Shown here: positions 26,685 to 44,020 of the stretch, piece by piece | Layout of the letters: every line of letters starts with the position of its first letter | Position numbering within the stretch: position 1 is the first letter of the stretch | Assembly: GCF_009914755.1 (NCBI RefSeq) | Contig: NC_060937.1 | Source: the human T2T-CHM13v2.0 reference genome, Homo sapiens | Length of the DNA stretch: 64,000 nucleotides | Direction: 5' to 3' (one strand) | The notes under the pieces: generated by a model | What the model saw: the letters and a program-made list of their open reading frames with translations, nothing else | Database searches by the model: none | Told to the model about the DNA's origin: nothing | Position numbers and translations under genes: made by a program

Positions 26685-29600
26685 CAAAAGACGAGGCAAG
26701 CAATTAAACTTGGTGACAATGGTAAAGTCTATTAACATCCCTAGGGTTATACTAATTTAGCAGGGGCTATACAACATTCATATCACTGGGAATGTCCTTT
26801 GGTTTTTAGTCTCAGTGGAATCTAAGACATCATGGTTCCCAAACATGGGCTTCTCCACTTTTTCCTCCTGAAACCAACGCAATAGGTGGGCTTCAGTCTG
26901 AGCTAAGATCCCAAAGGTATAGAATCCACTATGAATTTTCCTTTGTTTTCTGAGCTCCTTCCACACCCTCCAATCAATACCCAGCACTTCAGCCAATGTT
27001 TGCCTAATTTAAAATTCTTGTGACTGCATGCACTATTTCCCATTACATTTTCTGTTATTTATTTTTTGGCATAAAAAGAAAGTTGTTTCTCTTGCATTTA
27101 CCAATTATTTTGCCAAATTTTGGTAATTATTACTAATTTTATTTTTGTTGTAGTTGATTTCCCTGGACATTTTAGAAGTTCAAACTATAAACATTGTGAG
27201 ATAATAATTTTTATGCTGATATCTTTTTAGTGATTTAATGTTAATGAAGAGTACCGCCAAAGGAAGTTGAGTATTACCTGTGATTGCAAGCATTCTTGTC
27301 TTTTTTTCTAACTTTAATTACATTCTTAGTATTTAAGCTCCATCACACGTGCAGTGGGTATCTAGTCCACTTAGACAAATGTGTAATTTAATTTAATTTT
27401 TAATTTTTATATCTGGATACATGAAAATAGTTATCTATTGCTTTGAGGTAACTATTAGGAAACTAATATATCTTTGCTTATTTTTTCCTTTGTCTCTTTA
27501 AATCAAGGAAATATGTTACAATCTATACAACTAAACCATCATTGCATTTCTGGAATGTACCCTAGTTTGTCAATGTATTTATTGGAAATCTTAATAGCAG
27601 GTAACTCTGACAATTAATTTGAGCCATAATGAACTTAATATAATCTATTATGCATTTATTGGAATTTCTGGTAGGGCTAGAGAATGAAACTGTTTGTTTT
27701 TAATTCAGTAACGGGGCAGCTAGGGGAAACACCTAACTAGACTAATGTACTCTGTGGTAGGAAAGCATTCCTATTGTTAATGGTTTCTTTCTGACACAAT
27801 GCTAGGGACTGGATAGTAGTTCCTTTGCCACACGTGATCCAAGATCACGAAATACCACTAAGGCATAAAACAATGACCCATTTGTGCCCACTAATTCACA
27901 GTGCTTACTTTCATCCTTCTTGTCTTTCTCTTTTATTTCTGCTTGGCAAAACCTATGTCATGTGAATTCAAGCTGCAAGGGACTTACTAAATATAGTTAT
28001 ATGGAATTAGTACTAAGTGAGCCAATCTGCAGTAATCAGCAATAGGCCAAACATTTGTTTCTGAAACCCCCATAGACAGCCTTCTTCTAACTTACAATTT
28101 GCAACTACAGACATATCAACCAACAGCATGCTTCCATGTAGCATAATATTTCTTTCTTTCAAATAATTATAATCACATTAGCCACTTAAGACTGAAAATC
28201 CAAGTATCATCAGTCACTAAATCCATCTTTAGGCAATGTTCACATCCCATCTATTAAAAATCACAACCTAGCCTGTAATCACTGAGCTAAATTACAATCT
28301 TCACCCACAAGCCCTATCATGAAGAGCTGGTGAAATGGAGCAGGGAAAATGCTAAATATATGATCGCATACTAAAACAAAGGAGTCTATTAAGGAAAACA
28401 TGGGCAAATATTATAATTCTTGTTTATAAAACTAGCCGCAAAGATATAGTTACTAATTACAATTTCTCTTGTCATTCAACATCTTCATCAGGGATATTTT
28501 TTACTTCATGAATGACTCATTTTTTTATTATTGAAAATAATTTCTTTTGGGGTTTGACCTAATTTTGGTTTTATCCTATGATGGAGTAGTAAAAAAAAAA
28601 GTTTATATTCTTTCATACAATACAGTATTATTTTTGTTTTTAATCACCTTCAGTTCATGCAACTCAAAAATAATTTCCTCTCTTTCTCTCTTCTATTTAT
28701 TTCTATCATCCTTCCTGCTCTTTTGTTCTTCTGTTCCAACAGCAAAACATTCTTTCTCTTTTACTTATGCTCCATTTGGCCAGTGGCATGAGGATTACAA
28801 ATAATGTTCAAATTGCAATCCAAATATTCCATTAAACAGATCCATTTGTGTATCCCTTGGCAAATTCAATTCCTCACTGGGTAGAAGTCACAAACTGAAT
28901 GCAGTTATGTTACCAACAAAGTTAAGAGACCATCAAGTACTTTCTTAGTCTTTGTAACATAAGATATCTATATTTGACTTTTACTTTTTGAGAAGACATC
29001 CTGATACAGTCTAGAAAAGCAGACAAAAGTTAGATTATGGGGGTGGCATGACATTAAATATAATGAAGTGTACATCTTAACTTCTAGGGAAAGGTATTTT
29101 AGAAAGGCACCCTATGTGCTTGTACTTTATCTCATATTTCCTCTCTAGCAAGTTCTACAAAACCATTTTATTACTTAGTGGATCAGCATGATTTCCTCAA
29201 AAATCCCTATGAATAAGTTATAGAACATATCCAGAAAGGCAAAGCATTAACACAAAACCATTGAGCTATACTTTCTGAACTGTTAGGAAAAATTAAATTT
29301 TATTTTCATCTGAAAAGGCGTTTGATAGGCAATAGCTAGAAGCCAGGGTCCAAGTGACTGTTTTGCTTTTCTCCAGCAAAAAGAACATAACTAGAACAGC
29401 AACAGTGCAGTTGTATACACCATCTGATTCAGATTACAATAATGCCTTGCCAGAACCTAAGAACCATCTGATATCAGAACAGGCCAATTTGGGCAAAGTA
29501 ATTAAGTAAGAGATTAAAAACTGCCACTCCTGAATCCTTTAAGTTTTTAATGGTGATTCTTACTTTTATTGGCAGTTTCCCCAGCAATATGGTGCTACTT

Positions 29601-30147
29601 TCACGGCAGCAAAGATTTGGATGCAATCCTATTGGAGCTAACGTCGTGAAAACAGTGTCTGGTAAGTATACACCTATTCATCAATTGTCAATAACCTATA
29701 TCTATTTACCTGATTTAGTTTTGTGAGTGGAAAAGTTGAAAAAATTGAAGATTTTAGAGTATAAGGCTTGAAGTTTTGTTTTACTTGGTCATTAGTTTTC
29801 TATGTTAGGCTGAGATTACACATATTAGGAATATATGTATTCAAATACAGCTATTGTGATTCAGCAACTCTTAACAACAGAATAAACAGAATCAGATTCT
29901 TAATTACAAAAACTCAGTGAGTTTAAGTGATTAAAGATATTGTGGAGTAGTCATTGAATATGCTGTTATATAGCCAGCCCTTGAGTAGAAAATTTAAGCC
30001 TAGAGAATATAGTTCTTTTCCTTTACTCTGCAGCAGAGTTAGAAGCTGTTAGTTCATTCTGCAGTAGTTGTATTCCTCATGCTCTGCTGTTAATTTAGCC
30101 TATTTCAGGACCAACTCAGTCATCCACCTAAAGTAAATCAAGAGCAC

Positions 30148-31577
30148 TTTTTTTCTCTCAACTTTTATTTTAGATTCATAGTGCACACTTGCAGGTTTGT
30201 TACAAAGGTATAGTGTGTGATGCTGAGGTTTGTGGTATACTTGAACTCATGATGCGGGAGGCGAGTAGAGTGCCAAATAGGTAGTTTTTCTACCCTTTCC
30301 CCATCTTTCTCACCCTTTTGTAGTCTCCAGTGTCTATTGTTGCCATCTCTATGTCCATGTGTACCCAGTGTTTAACTCCCACTTGTAAGTGAGAACATGC
30401 AGTATTTGGTTTTATGTTCCTGAGTTAATTTGCTCTGAATAGTGGCCTCCAGTGCATCCATGTTGCTGTAAAGGATGTGATTTCATTCTTTTTTATGGCT
30501 GCATAGTATTCTATGGTGTGTATATACCACATTTTATTTATCCAATCCTCCACTGATGCACACCTAGGTGGATTCCACGTCTGCCATTGTGAATAGTGCT
30601 GCGATCTTTTTGCATGGGTCTTTTGCAAGTGCATGGGTCTTTTTGGTCTTTTGGTTCAAAATAAATTTATTTTGAACAATTTATTTATTTGGGTATATAC
30701 CCTGTAATGGGATTGCTGGGTAGGATGGTCATTCTCTTTTTAGTTCTTAGAGATATCTCCAAATTGCTTTCCAAAGTGGCTGAACCAGTTTATCTTCCTA
30801 CCAACAGTATAAAAGCATCCCCTTTACTTGCAGGCTCACCAATATCTGTTATTGTTTGACTTTTTTATAATGGCCCTTCTGACTGGTGTGAGCTGGTATC
30901 TTATTTTGATTTTAATTTGCATTTCTCTGATGATGATTAGTGATTATGAGAATTTTTCTTATATTCGTTCACTGCTCTTTGTGTTGCATGTCTTCTTTGA
31001 GAAGTGCTTGTTCATGTCCTTTGCCAAACTTTTTTTTTTTTTTTTTTTTTTGAGATGGAGTCTTTCTCTGTTGTCCTGGCTGGGGTGCAGTGGCACAATC
31101 TCGGCTCACTGCAACCTCCACCTCCCTGATTAAAGCAATTCCCCTGCCTCAGCCTCCTCAGTAGCTGGGAATACAGGTGCATGCCACCATGTCCGACTAA
31201 TATTTTTTTTATTTTTAGTAGAGAAAGGGTTTCACCATATTGGCCAGACTGGTCTAGAACGCCTGACCTCAAGCAATCTGCCCGACTGGGCCTTCCAAAG
31301 TTCTGGGATTACAGGCATGAGGCACCATGCCCCGCCTTGCCAACTTTTTAATAGGATTATTTGTTTTTTGCTTGTTGACTTCTTTACGTTCCTTATAAAT
31401 TCTGGATTAGATCTTTGTTGGATGCATATGTTTTCTTCCATTTCTCTGGGTTGTCTGTTTACACTATTAATAGTTTCTTTTGCTGTGCAGAAGCTCTTTA
31501 GTTTAACTAGATTCCACTTGTCAATTTTTGTTTTCATTGCTATTTCTTTTGATGACTTAGCCATAAATTCTTTGCTA
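30148..31577 (-). mobile_element. Older L1 3' fragment (L1PA13-16-like), interrupted by an Alu
   Basis: [24 protein letters not shown]2 peptide; reverse-strand 3'UTR. Confidence 0.92.
31030..31336 (-). mobile_element. AluS inserted into L1
   Basis: poly-T and Alu body; TSD ttgcca(a)acttt on both sides. Confidence 0.96.
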
Positions 31578-31651
31578 TGACAGGAGCACTTATTTTCTTA
31601 CTACTATGCACCACAATATCTCCCTATTCTAATGGTAACTATATTATTAAT

Positions 31652-31790
31652 ATTGTTGTCTCTCAAGATGTGCAGCTGATAGGTTCTAGGACCCCCCAGG
31701 GATATCAAAACCTGCATTCTCAAGTCCTGAAGTCAGTCCTGCTGAACCTTCAGATAAGAAAAGTTGACCCACTGTACAGGTCTTTTCCTC
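31652..31790. mobile_element. MER2B-like Tigger-family fragment
   Basis: gataggttctaggaccccc...atcaaaacctgcattctcaagtcctgaagtcagtcctgctgaacc. Confidence 0.6.
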
Positions 31791-34700
31791 CACATTGGGT
31801 GCTATGGCCAGGCATATTTCTTGGGCTAACCCTTGTTCACATTCTTTTACCCTACTACCAGAAAATATACACATACCTGACTTTTCTTTGGCATGCAAAG
31901 AACGTGGAAGGACCCAGATTCCTATATACCTCCCATAAAATAAGTGTGTTCAGATGCTAAGCAGAGCAAAAGGAGCAGTGAGTCATTAACATCAACCATC
32001 TTCATCAGCCTGACACCTACATTCCTCCTATTCAATTGTTATTTGAGAGTCCTACTTCTTAAAAGGTAGAAGCTACAAAAAAATCCTCCTAAATTAATCT
32101 GGAAAATATGTACTAAATCTCAACTTTTCTCGACTGCGTCTGAGAAACAAAACAGCCAGGAGAGCCAAATTACAAGAGGGACAAGCACCCTCACAGAGGG
32201 ACAAAAATATAAAAACTTACTTTCAAAAGAGGATGGAAATAAAAGATGGCTACTGTACAAATGCATAAGAAAAGCCAATTATGGGTTATCATACAAGTTC
32301 ACCATAATTTGAGGTACCAGATGTAATGAGCATTGGCAATTACTACTTTTAAGAGTTAGGAAAATCTAAATATTTGAATGGGTAGAACCAGTTGGTAGCT
32401 CACTTATTACACTGTGTATATCATAGTCTTGATCCAGTCATGATTTTTTCTAATTTCTGAACGTTCATTCATATTAACAAATACATTGTGAAAACTAAAA
32501 TTGTTTATGATTCTCAATTGTAAGACAAAATATTTCTGAGAGAAAAAGTTTTTAGGTATAAATACTAGTTTATCTTCATTTACAAATATGAACAAGTTCA
32601 GATGAACAAGTTAAATTTGTAGTAAATTATATAAATTAAAATATGCAAATTATGTTTATTGTCAAATTATCATTCAAGATAATTATTCAAGTAATTATTT
32701 CCAATAAACACTTTTGTCTCTTTAAGGATTTATTTGTTCCATGGGAAATGATTAACTAATAGCCTCAGTGAAGGTAATATTTCTTTGGGTAATATATGTG
32801 TCTTCTCTTCTCATCCAAGCTATACCTTCTCGTACAATTGCATGTTTGTCCAGGGACATTTAGTCTAGAGAAACAATAGAGGGCAAGGAACTTCCCCAAT
32901 GTTGGAAAAGATAAAATTGATGATTTTACAAATTTATAATCTAATTTTAAGTTACGCTATCAAGTTTGGAAAATAATTAGCTAGTTATATTAAATGTAAA
33001 AATACATTGAAGTTTTAGAAAAACTTGTTGTCCTTGAAGTTGCCTTTCAGACCTTTTCTAGAAAAAAATAAAATAGTTTCCCCAGGAACCCAGTGTTTAT
33101 CTTAACTCAACTACTTATTCTCCAAACTTAGGGATAGGTAAAGATTCAAGTCTAACGGAAATGTTACCAGATGCACATTTTTAAATTTACTTATGTAGAA
33201 CTAAAATGAAATAAATATTTTGCTTTATTCCTAGGAAGTATTTAGCCTTTATCCTGGTATATTTTTCAATGAATAAGATAACATTGTTATTCTAAATGAA
33301 ATAACCTTATTGCTTAAATTCAAGAGAGTTTAACCATTGAGAAGTTCTAACTTATTGTGCATTATTAAATAACTTATATATACTTATATACATATGCATA
33401 CACATATATCCATACATATGTGTGTCTGAATAAAATATCTGTTTATATGTCTATGCACACATATATATGTATTTACAAACATGCATATGTATTATTATTA
33501 TAGCCAAAGAAAAGGAAATTTAACAATTTGTAGAAGATAATTTTAATCATTTATTACTGCTATAAAAATAACTTTTCTCTCTAGTAATACATTTCTTAAA
33601 TGGGTGCTCTAAATATTCTATTTAAAATTTGTAGATATATGTGTCAATAAAATTTTAAGTAAAAATGTACATAAGTTCACACTCAAAGTTTCAAATACTT
33701 CATAATTAGTTTTAACAATTTGTATGTAAAAAGCATTATGGCATTATGGTAGCTTACTTAGAATAATATAAGTGACTGAGTTTTTTGTTTGTCTGTTTTG
33801 TTTTGTTTTGTTTTGTTTCTGCAGAAGTTCAGCGCTCTCTTTGGTAAGGAACATTTATAAGAAGCAAACTTTGAAATGTACGAGGAGAGGGAAGTGATTT
33901 TTGAGATGCCTGTAAGTGATGCAGCCATACTATCTTTGGGGGAAAAGTGTTAGGTGCTTCCATATGGATAAAATATTTAATGCTTTAAACATTTATCTTA
34001 GCTCATATATGCTGCGTGAGAAATATGCTTGTTGAATAAACTCCTTTCTATTTTTGTCAGTCGCTTTTAAGCAAATTTATAGAAAGAGCTTGACTGTCAA
34101 CTTTAATATTTCATTTTTCCAAGATAGGCTTCCATAGTATGAAATGTTGTTAAGATACATAGCTCTAAGTTTTCTTTCTGGGATCAGATAGGGATAAAGA
34201 TAAAGAACTTAACATAAGTGTATCTGCTGTAAACTGCTGATTCCCTTTTAACAGCGACTTGACAGGACATGCTAAGATCAAGTGAAGGACTGAACTGGGA
34301 CAAGGAAATAAAGGAAACAGGAACATTTCAACAAATGCTTAAGAAATTAATAGAAACATTGAAAGTTGTCGAGAATACATAGAGTACAAATAGATTTATT
34401 ATGCATAAACTACATATACCTTATTTTATTTTATTTTATTTTAGTCTCTCGAATTCATAAATTTGGAGTTACCCTAATCAATATATTATTAAAGATAATG
34501 TTTCTGTCCTACTTCATGTTATATTCTATTTGCATCATATGCTTTCTACTAAATATCCTTTGCAATTCACACCTTCATCATCTGAAAAGCTGTCTTCATT
34601 TTACCAAACTGTGATTAGCAATTACTTTAAATCCATAGTTGTTTCATAAAAAATGGCTTAACGTTCCCATTTTTGTCATTGCCTTTTTTGTTTGTTGTAC

Positions 34701-34938
34701 TTTATAGTTAATATGTTGGAATTGAAGAAATGTATCTGTGTTCAATTCATTCCTGCAATATGTCTGAAAGTTACCACTTTCTCCTCTGGGATTTTCATTG
34801 TGTCAAATATTCTACAACACTGATATTTTATGAGAAAAGAATAACTCTAGCTAGATACATGACAAAGAGTCTCCAAATCTAGACCCCTACATATAAATTA
34901 TTGACTCAGATAATATATAATTCCTGTCACTCTGAAAG

Positions 34939-35024
34939 AAAAAGATAATATGTGAATGCATATGCATACATATAATATGTATATATATAATATGTATGCA
35001 TATGCATTCACATATTATCTTTTT
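34939..35024. repeat. 86-bp near-perfect AT-rich palindrome
   Basis: 35-bp perfect arms 34939-34973 and 34990-35024; centre also pairs apart from 2 mismatches. Confidence 0.95.
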
Positions 35025-37315
35025 ATATTAGCTATCATAGATATTATTTTTAACCTTTCTCAAGAGGAATTATTTTAATAGTGTCCAACTAAAACCCCAG
35101 AATATGGAGTGATCATGTTTACAAGGCAATTGTAGAAGATGACCTCTGTGCTTGATGTCTGAGACATAATGACTATACAAGGTTTACCCAGGAAACTCAA
35201 CTGCTTTGGTTCCAAGCTCTCATCTTGAGACCTGTTAACATCTCCAGTGAGCCTGGACTGTCGGCTGGCCATGAAAAACTTGTCTCACATTAGCCACTTA
35301 AAATGCCCCCTCTTTTCAACTGCATCCCTTCGTTTCTGCTTTTTTCAGGTAGAAACTGCTTCCCTCAGTCAATTTTCTCCTCTACATGTACTAAGAAGGA
35401 AACATTACATAAACATGTTTCTTACAGAATTTAACAAAAGCATGCAGTGTGCTTGAACATTTGCATAGAATTTGTCCATTATATAACCTTAATATACAAT
35501 CGATTCTTATCCCCCCAACCTTTTGTGGCTCCTTGGTTCATATTCGGATCAAGCAGAAGGTTCCATAAATATTATTAATAAAGTGACTAGTTCTTTTTTA
35601 TTTTTGTATTACCTTGCAGTGTGTAAATTATTTTCATGCAAAATGACTTATTTCTCTGGAAAACTATATAAATTGTTTAGAGCAGGAATTACTGGTATTT
35701 ACTTTTACATATTAGGCCACGTTAAGACTTAGATGTTTACTGGATTACCCAAGTTTCCCAGTACAGAAATAAAAGGAATTCATAATTCTATTTTCTAATT
35801 ACATTTTCTACCATGAGTAGAATTAATAATCGTGTGCATGATTTGGGATTAGTATGGCTCCTAACACATGTAATTGTTTTTATGACTGTGATTATATTCA
35901 CCAGCATTACTGTTACTGTTATTGTGATTCTTGTAAAATGCAAAGTTTGCTTGAATAATGATTGTATATGACAGTAGACTATACATCGTCTTTTCTTTCT
36001 TACCTCATAGTATCAACTGCTTATGGATTATTCATATGCACATTTCTAATATATTATATATTACATCATGTTATCTGTACATCACAAGTAACAAAAAATA
36101 ATTATTGTCAACTACTTACTAGGTACCAAGGATTCTAATTGTTATTATTCCCTAACTAAACTTTTAAAAAATGCTAAATTACAAAACTTCAGGAGGAGTT
36201 ACCAGGCAGCGGGTAGCAAGTATATGTTTTTCAGTTTTCTTGGAGGTACAATTGAAAAAGAGATAGAAAAGTTGAATTTCTTTAGTTTATTTTTCTTTGG
36301 CCTTGTGCATGAATGTTATAGGTAAAAAGGGTGCAATATTTTTAATAACTATCTCAGGTCAAAGCACAGTAAACACAATATTTTATGTTAACTATATATT
36401 CAATTATTGGAGGTTTTTAGAAATCACATTAAAAGTATATTTTTTCTCTTTTTCTTTCTTAACCGTACATGTATTCCTAACCAGTTCGAACATTAAATCC
36501 TGTTAGATAGAAACTCCTACACTAATGAATGTTTTGTTTTTAGAATAACAGGTCAAGAATTTTGCACCATAGTAGTAAAGCTATGGGTGTTCATTAAAAA
36601 AAGGGCAGACAGTGTCACAGACATGAGTACAGATTGGATTTATCTTGAGCCTCTGGCAAATCATGAAAAGCCATGAAATGCTCTTAGATCCTAGATGAAA
36701 GGCAATATGAAGTGAAAATAGATGCTTTGAAAATGAATCTTAGTTTGCATTATACTTGTCCAGTTTTAAAAACATTTCTGAAAAAAAGCAAAAATGATTA
36801 AATACATATTTTACAAGTATATTTTTATCTTTTTTTACTAATGAAATCATAAAACATAAAAATGTAAATTGATTACTTTCATTTTTCCCTTCCCAGCTAT
36901 ATAAGTGGCTTTGTTCCAACTATCTCCAAGATTTTCCTACTTATTAAAATATAGTAAAAATCTTTACATTGTGATAGCAATTTGGAGGTTAGTCAGTCAG
37001 GATACTGTCTCAATAACACATGAAGTTAGTGAAACATATCTAATGCCTAAGTAATATTCCTTTTTTATCCACCTTCTACCTAGAAAGATGACTAAGAATA
37101 CTGTCAAGAACAATTAAGTTTCTAAGACACATTCAGACATGGAAGCAACAATCAAATTATATTCAATTAGCCCAAAGGAACCAACCCACAATTCACATTA
37201 ATCTCTCTTTCCAATTTTAAATCTTATTATTGAACTTGAGTACTTTTAACATTAGAGTGTAGAATCACTTATGCTAAATTCTGCTCCACCGAGTAGTAGC
37301 AAAAGAGAGGGGATA

Positions 37316-37519
37316 CTACGAAGTATAATGGAGATATTGCCAAGTACATGCAAATTGATCTTCATTCTCTGTTACTGGCAAAGAAAATGTTGGCAATATC
37401 TTTTTTAAAAGTATCTTAAATTTGTATAATGGTTCAGTTATATTCACAATGTCTGAAACCACCAGAATTATAAGAGAAAAGATGAATTCAGTAGAAGATA
37501 ATGCACTTTGAATCCCCAA
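37316..37519 (-). mobile_element. Possible ancient ERVL pol (RT) remnant
   Basis: translation ...FSLPVTENEDQFACTWQYLHYT resembles ERVL RT FFSIPV...QFAFxWQGQQYTF. Confidence 0.45.
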
Positions 37520-37810
37520 TTTTTAATATCCTTTATGACTAGCTGTAGACGGCTGTTATTGACATATTATATCTCTTTTACCCATGCATATTTTAGTCCT
37601 TAGTTGAGGCTATGATTTTCCTTTCTCCTTCTGGCATCCTGAGCTAATTTTGTTAAAACACTTAGGCCGACAATTGGGAAGCAATTCACGTGTACTACTA
37701 GCATTTCTCGACATATGACTCTTCCAATCAGAAGGCTTCCTTCCAGCAATTATGAGACTGGGAAGTTCACACATATAACGTATCAATTTTAGTTATACGT
37801 CAAGATGCAG

Positions 37811-37811
<1 letters not shown>

Positions 37812-37846
<35 letters not shown>
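37812..37846. repeat. (CA)17 microsatellite
   Basis: perfect run. Confidence 0.96.
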
Positions 37847-37852
<6 letters not shown>

Positions 37853-38166
37853 AAAAAAACAGTATGTGGAATTAGCCCAGATGACCTCAGCCTCAAGTTC
37901 TCCTTAACTGCACTTCCCTACTGTGAGCCCTGCACAAATGCTATTAGCTTAGTTTAGTTGCCTCTTTTTTCCATAGTCCTGATTTCTGTGCTCATATCCA
38001 GTGGTGTCATATGTTTGAGTCTGCCTCTCCTTGAAATTACTCAGCATACTTAGATAAGTTTTTATGACTTTCTGTCTTCCTCAGGCGGAGGGAAACCTCA
38101 GCCAAAGACCTTATAACTGCCGTTGTCCTTGAAGAGGCTGAAATGAAGATAGAGGGAGAAGAAGGG

Positions 38167-38529
38167 TGTATTTGTCCACTTTCACACTGCTATAAAGATA
38201 CTACCTGAGACTGGTAATGTATAAAGAAGAGAAGTTTAATTGACTCACAGTTCCACATGGCTGGGGAGGCCTCAGGAAACTTACAATCATGGCAGAAGGT
38301 GAAGGAAGCAAGGACCTTCTTCACATGGAGGCAGGAGAGAGAACTGTGAGCAGGAGAAATGCCAGGTGCTTATAAAACCATCACCTCTCATTAGAACTCA
38401 CTATCACGAGAACAGTATGGGGGAAACCGCCATCATGATTCAATCACCTCCCATCTGGTTTCTCCTTCAACACCTGGGAATTACAATTCAAGATGAGATT
38501 TGAGTGGGGACACAAGCCCAACCATATCA
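38167..38529 (-). mobile_element. THE1-type (THE1C/D) solo LTR
   Basis: tgtatttgtcc...ccatatca; near-TSD aaggg/gaggg. Confidence 0.92.
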
Positions 38530-39852
38530 GAGGGATTGGTAGGAGTATGGAGGAAGAGACTAGCTCCAAAATCCTCAACAATCATTTAGATGTGCTTTTG
38601 GTAGCAACTGGTTTAGTGGAGGCTCATGATTCAACCAAAGAAACTTTCAATTATTTTTGACCTGCCATTCACTTTTTATCAGGTGTGAGGTATTCATGGC
38701 AGTCACTCTATTTCAGCATTGGGAATTTTGTGAAACTTTTGTAAACAGTTATAGCTACATTACTTTCTGGCTGGAACCACAAGTTTGTGCTCTGTAATTT
38801 ATATAAACTTAGCTCACACTGCAGAAACTTTACCAATGACTGCAAATTGGGGGCATTTGCAGCCCCATTAACATGAAAGTATTTCTTTGCTTCTTGCCTA
38901 GTGACAATATAATGACTTGGGAACTTTTTCATGGCTGAAGGTCATCAAGATTTTACCTAGATGTCTTTGCATCAGTTTCTCATTATTTAGTGTGTCAATT
39001 TAATCAGCATAGTAAACCTAGGCTGGGGCAACAAGATCTCAGTTACTAGTCCATACCACCATCTATATTTTCCTACAAAAATTTGTTTGTCTCAGGAAAT
39101 CTTCCTGAGAAGATGTAGCAGCTAGGTCCCACTGGGATGAACAAACAAACAATCTCTGAGATGTTTACTATTGTCTTCTAGTGCTTAGTTTAGCACTAGA
39201 TGGACTGTAGGTGTGATAAACTGTAGGAAGGATTACTTAATGAGACTTCTCAGCTGTCGCAATTTTCATTAACTTGCATTACACATTATGCTCCCTCATT
39301 TGCAAAACAAAGAATCCAAAGTTCTAATAATTTGCCTGGTTTCTTCCCAGAGCAATCATGAAGTTTCATCTTGTTGCAAGCAGTGTACATGGATGTTTGT
39401 AATTTTGTCTGAAAAAGGATCAGAAACTACTTCCAGCTTAGGACATATTTTAAAACTCTGTGGCCGAAATAGGTGGACCTGAGATTGAACACCAAATTAT
39501 CAAGAAAGGCTTCCAATCCTGCATAGGTTTAAAACAACCAGAGCACCATTTTGGCAACATCTGCTATCGAATCTGCTTTCCAGTAATTTGCCAGCACCCA
39601 CCTCCTCAATTCTTCCTCATTAGAATACAATAAATTAGAGGACAACTTATTACCTGATTGAGTATACGATTTAACAAACATGTTCTTTACCTGTTTCCCT
39701 GGTCTTCCCTCAAATCCCATTACTTGGCCTGTGTATCCTCAAACTTCCTCTTCTGGAAGCCATATTTCTTTCAGGATCTCATCATTGTCACCAAAACTGG
39801 CAAGGACTGTGAAGGGTCTGAGGTTTTATTTATTTATTTATTTATTTATTTT

Positions 39853-39914
39853 CAAAATTCTCTTTTTTATTACTTTTCTCAGATACCTGTTGTTACTGCA
39901 TGCCTGCCTATTCC
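39853..39914 (-). other. L1 3'-transduced unique sequence with AATAAA
   Basis: lies between the L1 poly-A (39915-39927) and a second (AAAT)n tail (~39828-39852), inside the TSD; AATAAA on the minus strand at 39866-39871. Confidence 0.88.
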
Positions 39915-40136
39915 TTTTTTTTTTTTTAATTATTATACTTTAAGTTTTAGGGTACATGTGCACAATGTGCAGGTTAGTTACATATGTATACATGTGCCAT
40001 GCTGGTGTGCTGCACCCATTAACTCGTCATTTAGCATTAGGTATATCTCCTAAAGCTATCCCTCCCCCCTCCCCCCACCCCACAACGGTCCCCAGAGTGT
40101 GATGTTCCCCTTCCTGTGTCCATGTGTTCTCATTGT

Positions 40137-43957
<3,821 letters not shown>

Positions 43958-44020
43958 TATGATGTTAGCTGGTTATTTTGCTAGTTAGTTGATGCAGTTT
44001 CTTCCTAGCCTCGATGGTCT

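Noticed and set aside
27600-29500. Possible further ancient ERV-internal sequence
   Set aside because: The resemblance is too weak to support without an HMM search.
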